Source: an uncultured Chloroflexia bacterium
GTDB taxonomy: Bacteria; Chloroflexota; Chloroflexia; Thermomicrobiales; UBA6265
Length of the DNA stretch: 64,000 bases
NCBI GenBank assembly: GCA_963724295.1
Contig: CAVRUC010000004.1
Location: 320,001-384,000, forward strand
Direction: 5' to 3'
Of the stretch, positions 58,972 through 64,000 are shown one piece after another. Below the pieces are notes generated by a model. The model ran no database searches and was not told the origin of the DNA. It saw nothing but the letters and a program-made list of their open reading frames with translations. Within the stretch, counting starts at the first letter, position 1. Every line of letters starts with the position of its first letter. A program made the position numbers and the translations under genes.

Positions 58972-59361
58972 GTGCTGGATAAGGGCGGTTGGCTCGAAGC
59001 ATTACCGGCCATTGCGGACAGATTGCGGGAAATCGGGTACGATATCGTCTCGTCGCAATCGAGTGCATCGCCTGGAGGCAGCATCGTCGCCCGGCGCGAT
59101 CTCGGGGATCGGGCAGTCGTGCTGGCGATCGACGCCGGCGGGCGGTTCCGGGCCGAGATCACCTGGGTCGTCGGCGAGTGGCCGAGCCAGGACGAGATCG
59201 CCGGCGTCACGGTGAATGTGGTCGACGCGGTCTCGCGAGCGGTCACGGTCACCGGTCAGATGTCCGGGCCGGAGCAGGTCGTCGAAGTCGTCACCGGTCT
59301 GGGGACAATCGCCTCGTGGGTGGATGTCGCGAATTCCGAGGCGCTACCGCCTTTGACCTGA
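58972..59361 (+). CDS. Hypothetical protein
   Basis: 129-aa ORF with genome-typical codon usage; no motif recognised. Confidence 0.6.
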   Translation: MLDKGGWLEALPAIADRLREIGYDIVSSQSSASPGGSIVARRDLGDRAVVLAIDAGGRFRAEITWVVGEWPSQDEIAGVTVNVVDAVSRAVTVTGQMSGPEQVVEVVTGLGTIASWVDVANSEALPPLT

Positions 59362-59393
59362 CGCCTCCTCCATGGCAAATCGCAAACACCCCC

Positions 59394-59422
59394 TTGACAC
59401 CAGCCCTATGTACGTATATTGT
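59394..59422 (+). promoter_or_regulatory. Sigma70-type promoter
   Basis: TTGACA-N17-TATTGT, ending ~8 nt before the structured RNA candidate. Confidence 0.55.
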
Positions 59423-59430
59423 GTGCGTAC

Positions 59431-59629
59431 AGTCAGTCCCGAGGAGCCGAGAGCCACGGGTCATGACTCACCGGGAACGACAACGGCGGACGATGCTGCG
59501 GGGTTTCGTCCGGGACCGGGTCGGCAACCGGGCGGTTCGGGGGAAGCGTACGCGTAGCGGGGCGACGTACGTGAAAGCCGTTCAGCACGAGTCGTGAACA
59601 GTACTCCGGTTTGTCGGGACTGATTTTTT
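59431..59629 (+). ncRNA. Candidate structured non-coding RNA (~200 nt)
   Basis: Nested long-range pairing TCAGTCCCGA/TCGGGACTGA, TCATGACTC/GAGTCGTGA, AACGGC/GCCGTT; internal hairpins; own promoter; ends in a T-tract. Confidence 0.6.
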
Positions 59630-59674
59630 GTCCTTAATCCCCTTCGATTCGTTTGCATCGGTCTAGCATCATTC

Positions 59675-60934
59675 ATGCAGCGCGGTGATCTCCGGCGCAA
59701 CGCCAACTTCGTCAATCTGTGGGGCGCCGCCACCGTCTCGACCTTTGGGTCGCTCGTCACCCGCACTGCTCTTCCCTTTACCGCGATCTTGCTGCTCGAT
59801 GCATCCCCATCCGCCATCAGTGTGCTGCGCGTCGCCGAGCTGCTGCCGGGCTTTGCCTTCGGGCTCATCGCCGGCGCCTGGGTCGATCGCCTCTCTCGCA
59901 AGCCAATCATGATCGCGACCGACCTCAGCCGCGCGCTCCTGGTTGCGGTCATCCCCCTGGCCGCATTCCTGGGCTGGCTTGGGCTCGGACATCTCTACGT
60001 CATCGCGGCGCTGGTCAGTGTCCTCAGCGTCTTCTTCGACGTCGCCTATCAGTCGTTTCTCCCTTCGCTCGTCAAGAACGACGAGCTGGTCGAGGCTAAC
60101 AGCAAGCTCAGCGCGGCGATGTCCGTCGCCGAGGCGAGCGCGTTCAGCTCCGCCGGGTGGCTGATCCAACTGCTGACCGCGCCGGTCGCGATGCTGGTCG
60201 ATGCATTGACGTTCGTCGCCTCGGCGGGTCTCGTCGCTCGCATCAAGGAACCTGATCTCCAGACCACGCCGAACTCAGCCGCGGCTCGACCCTCGATTAC
60301 CAGCGAGGTCGTGGAGGGGTTACATGCGATCTGGCGGCAACCGATCCTGCGCGGGATGGTCGTCGCCGACTTGGCCCTGAATCTGGCCTTCGGACTCTTC
60401 GGAACGGCGTTTCTTCTTTACGTCAACCAGGAGGTTGGCTTCGATCCCGGTATCCTCGGTATGATCTTCGCGGTCGGTGGGGTGAGCTCGTTTCTCGGCG
60501 CGATGATCGCCGGCCGCCTGCCCCGCTTCGGAATTGGTGCGGTCATGGTGGCGTCGCTCCTACTCGCGGCGATCGGTCAGTCGTTCGTTCCGCTGGCCAC
60601 CGCCGCGAACGCGGCCGGGCTGCTGCTGCTCATCGGCCAGCAGATCGTGGCCGACTCCGCGCTGACGGTCTATGACATCAATCAAGTCAGCCTGCGTCAG
60701 GCAATCGCCCCGGCGCATGTCCTGGGCCGGATCAACGCCAGCGTCCGGGTGATCGAGATCGGCGCGGTCCTGCTCGGCACGATCGTCGCCGGATACCTCG
60801 GCGAAACCGTCGGTCTGCGCGAGACGCTCTGGGCGGGAGTTGGCCTCTCCATCCTCGCCGCGGTGGTCCTCGCGCTGTCGCCGGTGCGAGCGGTGCGGCG
60901 CATCCCGGAGACGGCGGTCGAGGTCCCGTTATGA
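59675..60934 (+). CDS. MFS transporter
   Basis: 'AGAWVDRLSRKPIMIATDLSRA' motif A; ~12 TM helices. Confidence 0.92.
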   Translation: MQRGDLRRNANFVNLWGAATVSTFGSLVTRTALPFTAILLLDASPSAISVLRVAELLPGFAFGLIAGAWVDRLSRKPIMIATDLSRALLVAVIPLAAFLGWLGLGHLYVIAALVSVLSVFFDVAYQSFLPSLVKNDELVEANSKLSAAMSVAEASAFSSAGWLIQLLTAPVAMLVDALTFVASAGLVARIKEPDLQTTPNSAAARPSITSEVVEGLHAIWRQPILRGMVVADLALNLAFGLFGTAFLLYVNQEVGFDPGILGMIFAVGGVSSFLGAMIAGRLPRFGIGAVMVASLLLAAIGQSFVPLATAANAAGLLLLIGQQIVADSALTVYDINQVSLRQAIAPAHVLGRINASVRVIEIGAVLLGTIVAGYLGETVGLRETLWAGVGLSILAAVVLALSPVRAVRRIPETAVEVPL

Positions 60935-61902
60935 GCGCCCATGAAGACATCTTCGACCGAATTCGAACCGCCGTCGCCGAGGTCGCGCAGCGAGCGAAGC
61001 TGGTGCGTCTGGTCGACGCCCAGGTCGCGCCGTATGCCGCATCGCTCACGTCCGCCGGGCTCCCCGAGCTGGTCTACGACACCGCGCACCACGCCAGCGG
61101 CTCCGTGGCCGACACCGTCGCCTTCCAGCTCGCGCTCGACACGGTCAATTTTGGGTCCGGGTATTTTCCGCACCTGCGCAAGCGTCCCGGCATGTCCGGG
61201 TACTTCACCGTGGCGTCTTCGCTCAAGGGGCGCTGGGAGCGCGGTGGACCACTCAGCGGCGCTGAGTTGCGAGCGATCGACACCGACGGCTGCGCCGTCC
61301 TCTTCGGTCAGGAAGGCAACACGGGACCGGCGCAGGAACTGATGGCACTGTTTGCGCAGGCGTTCAACGACCTCGGCGCGTGGTTGGGCGGGCGGTATGA
61401 CGACGATCCCCTCGGCCCCATCGAGGACGCCGGCCAGTCGGCCGGCCGGCTGGTCGAGCTCGTTTCCGAGATGCGCTTTTACCGCGACGTTTCCATCTAC
61501 GAAGGAACGGAAGTCCCCCTCTACAAGCGCGCGCAGATCCTGGCCACCGATCTGGCTATTGCCTTCGACGGACAGGGTCCGGGATCGTTCCGAGATCTCG
61601 ACCGACTCACCATCTTCGCCGACAACTTGGTGCCGCACGTGCTGCGCGTCGACGGTCTCCTCGTCTACGACCCCGATCTCCTGGCCCGCATCGAACGCGG
61701 TGAGCTGATCCCGGCAGGATCACCTGAAGAGATCGAGATCCGCGCGGTCGCCGTCCATGCGGTCGAGCGAATCGCCGCGGAGCTACGCGCCTCAGGCGTC
61801 TCAGCCACGGCTCGGGAGCTGGACTACCTTCTCTGGAATCGGGGCAGCGGCGAGGAGTACAAGACCGTCCCCCGCCACCGGACACGTACGGTGTTTTATT
61901 GA
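60931..61902 (+). CDS. qng1: Queuosine salvage protein / Q-nucleotide N-glycosylase (DUF2419)
   Basis: 'LDTVNFGSG', 'YKRAQILATDL', 'LTIFADNLVPHVLR', 'EIEIRA', 'DYLLW', 'HRTRTVFY'. Confidence 0.85.
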   Translation: MSAHEDIFDRIRTAVAEVAQRAKLVRLVDAQVAPYAASLTSAGLPELVYDTAHHASGSVADTVAFQLALDTVNFGSGYFPHLRKRPGMSGYFTVASSLKGRWERGGPLSGAELRAIDTDGCAVLFGQEGNTGPAQELMALFAQAFNDLGAWLGGRYDDDPLGPIEDAGQSAGRLVELVSEMRFYRDVSIYEGTEVPLYKRAQILATDLAIAFDGQGPGSFRDLDRLTIFADNLVPHVLRVDGLLVYDPDLLARIERGELIPAGSPEEIEIRAVAVHAVERIAAELRASGVSATARELDYLLWNRGSGEEYKTVPRHRTRTVFY

Positions 61903-61938
61903 CCTGGGGCGAACGGAATAATCAATTACTGCAGAGAC

Positions 61939-61973
61939 AAAAAGGGCGGCTCCCCTACACTTGGGGAGCCGCC
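61939..61973 (-). terminator. Intrinsic terminator following the tRNA 3' fragment
   Basis: GGCGGCTCCCC-N7-GGGGAGCCGCC stem with a T-tract on the minus strand. Confidence 0.75.
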
Positions 61974-61975
61974 GC

Positions 61976-62001
61976 TGGTAGCGCATAGGGGATTCGAACC
62001 C
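61976..62001 (-). mobile_element. tRNA 3'-end fragment (att site of an integrated element; possibly tRNA-Glu)
   Basis: GGGTTCGAATCCCCTATGCGCTACCA = T-loop, acceptor 3' strand and CCA; no D or anticodon arm upstream. Confidence 0.75.
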
Positions 62002-62315
62002 AGATTCTCGATTTTATTGTACCTACGCGGCAATTCGGCCCTTTGTTAGACTGATGGTCACAATTTGGTCACGCTATTCGCCCTTTCCCTCCCCTCGCCT
62101 GCCGCCAACGGCCTCCTCTAGTTGGTCCCACGCTCTCGAGAGGGGACTACGGACGGTGACCCGCGACCTCGGTGTGTCCCATGAAACTGTGCGAGGAGTC
62201 GCCAAGCAGGTGACGCAGGAATCAGTGGTGGTCTAGGGATCAGCTTCGTCTGGCTGACGGATCTAACTTCAGCCGTTCACCCGGCGGACTGTCTCGATAT
62301 TATTCGCAGCCCCGG

Positions 62316-64000
62316 TCATCGATTTCCTAACGGCGTTACGCTGCCAGCAGCGAGCTCGTTGGCCAGATCCAGCGCCTCGGCAACCGCCTGCTCGATGGTC
62401 AGGAGCCTGCCCGCCTCATACGCTTCGGCGAAGCGCTGCTCACCGAGTTGTCGCATGAGAGCGCACCGCGTTTGGTCCCGGCGCTCTGACGCTGGTCCCC
62501 AGCCAACGAAGCCGTAGCACCTGCGATAGGCATCCGCAGCTCCCAGCAGTCGAGCCGCTGGCTCCAGGCGCCCCTTGACCTGAGCGAGTTGGGCAATCCC
62601 CACCAGGTCGACAAAGGCATCGCTCGGATCACCGGCGTCGCGACGCACCTCGACCGCATCGGCGTGCAGTCGTGCGGCGCGCTCCAGGTCGCCTGCAGTC
62701 CGCGCCACATCTGCCAAGTCCGCCAGGGCGCTGGATTCACCCCAGACACCACCGAGCTCCCGGAACAGCGCCAATGCGTGCTCCAGGGACGAGGTGGCCC
62801 CCTGGAGATCACCCGCACGCAATTGCGTGACACCCAGCATCCCCAGCGACCAGCCCTGCATGCCGGGGTCGCCTGCGGCGCGAGCGGCGGCTGCAGCTTC
62901 CCTGGCCAGCTGAGCGGCCGCCTCATGGTGTCCTTCCTCTTGCTCGACCCAACTCACTGACAACGCACCCCGCGCAGCCAGCTCTGGATCGCCCGTCGCG
63001 CGGGCCAGATCACGGCATTGGGTGGCGGCCATTCTGCAGAGCGCGAGGTCGCTCTGATGCATGCTCGTCACCGTGAGGCCGTTGTATCCCCATACCTGCG
63101 CCGCCGGAGAGATGGGTGCACTGCTCGCGAAGGCGCGATCGAGCCAGGTGCGGGCTTCCTCCCAATGCCCACCGGCAACCGCCCAGTAGTCGACCAGGGT
63201 TCCACCGACGACGCAGAGCACGGTCCCGGCATCCCCCGTCGCGAGCAGATGCGTCAGCATGACGCGGAAGTTGTCCTCCTCCGCTGCCAGGTGCCGAATG
63301 GTCTCCGGCACACCGACGCTGATGTCCATCCGGGCTGCGAGCGCGAGGTCAGCGAAAAAGGTGGCATGGGCCTGGCGCAGAGACTGCTCGTCCTGCGGAA
63401 ACTGGCGCAGCTGCTCCAGGGCGAACTCGCGGATCGTCTCCAGCATGGTAAAGCGCGGCTCATCCTCCATCTGGTCGACCTGGCGCACCAGGCTCTTGTC
63501 GACGAGCGAGGCCATCCCGCTGAAGACATCGAGGTCGTCGTCTCTGTTGGCGATCGCCTCCGCTGCTTCCAACGTCCAGCCCCCGGCGAAGACACCCAAC
63601 CGGCGAAAGAGGCGGCGTTCGTCGTCAGTGAGGAGGTCATGACTCCAGGCCACCGTATCGCGCAGCGTGCGCTGTCGCGCCGGCGCATCCCGCGGACCAC
63701 CAATCAGCAACGGCAGCCGCGTCTCCAGCCGAGCCAGGAGTGCCGCGGGTGGCAGCAGCTTGACGTGCGCGGCGGCCAGCTCGATGGCGAGGGGCAACCC
63801 GTCGAGCCGATGGCAAATGGCGGCGATCGCCACGGCGTTCTCCTGCGTCAGGGCGAACCCAAGTCGACTCTTCGCCGCGCGATGGAGAAAGAGCGCGATC
63901 GCGGGATTGGCTGCCAGGTCCGCCAGCGATAGGTCAGCCCTCAGGTCAGGTAGTGGCAAGGGCTGCACGAGGATCTCCTGCTCGGCGCGCAGGTTGAGCC
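62316..64000 (-). CDS. STAND-type ATPase-TPR regulator, 5'-truncated by the window edge
   Basis: 'ICHRLDGLPLAIELAAA', 'RQRTLRDTVAWSHDLL', 'RFTMLETIREFA', TPR-like helices; paralogue of 10409-12744. Confidence 0.9.
   Translation of the reverse strand, partial: LNLRAEQEILVQPLPLPDLRADLSLADLAANPAIALFLHRAAKSRLGFALTQENAVAIAAICHRLDGLPLAIELAAAHVKLLPPAALLARLETRLPLLIGGPRDAPARQRTLRDTVAWSHDLLTDDERRLFRRLGVFAGGWTLEAAEAIANRDDDLDVFSGMASLVDKSLVRQVDQMEDEPRFTMLETIREFALEQLRQFPQDEQSLRQAHATFFADLALAARMDISVGVPETIRHLAAEEDNFRVMLTHLLATGDAGTVLCVVGGTLVDYWAVAGGHWEEARTWLDRAFASSAPISPAAQVWGYNGLTVTSMHQSDLALCRMAATQCRDLARATGDPELAARGALSVSWVEQEEGHHEAAAQLAREAAAAARAAGDPGMQGWSLGMLGVTQLRAGDLQGATSSLEHALALFRELGGVWGESSALADLADVARTAGDLERAARLHADAVEVRRDAGDPSDAFVDLVGIAQLAQVKGRLEPAARLLGAADAYRRCYGFVGWGPASERRDQTRCALMRQLGEQRFAEAYEAGRLLTIEQAVAEALDLANELAAGSVTPLGNR

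Noticed and set aside
61976..62050. Complete tRNA gene
   Set aside because: Only the T-loop and acceptor 3' strand are present; the upstream sequence cannot form D or anticodon arms.

Overview
High-GC bacterial chromosome segment. Gene content and style suggest Chloroflexota, probably Thermomicrobiales (inference). Most of it is housekeeping or metabolic: purH, ndh, queG, fabI, prsW, a queuosine-salvage Qng1 homologue, two SH3-type cell-wall hydrolases, and a 12-kb GntR-controlled catabolic/ABC cluster. The standout is a ~6.7-kb island (about 28.8-35.5 kb, visibly lower GC) between queG and fabI. It carries an aGPT-Pplase1/amino acid:DNA transferase-like gene, two different thymidylate-synthase-fold genes, an acyl carrier protein with its own AcpS, an XRE repressor, an IrrE/ImmA metallopeptidase fused to a chagasin-like protease inhibitor, and a papain-like cysteine protease. 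It looks like a candidate carrier-protein-dependent pyrimidine hypermodification/defence system with a proteolytic switch. Also notable: a tandem-fused malic enzyme whose halves have lost complementary active-site motifs, an orphan ~200-nt structured RNA with its own promoter, a tRNA 3' fragment marking an integration junction at ~62 kb, several operator-like palindromes and REP-like elements. Scattered single-base frameshifts (10-14 kb, 30.2, 46.2, 48.4 kb) probably reflect sequencing indels. All calls come from motif recognition by eye; no database searches were run.
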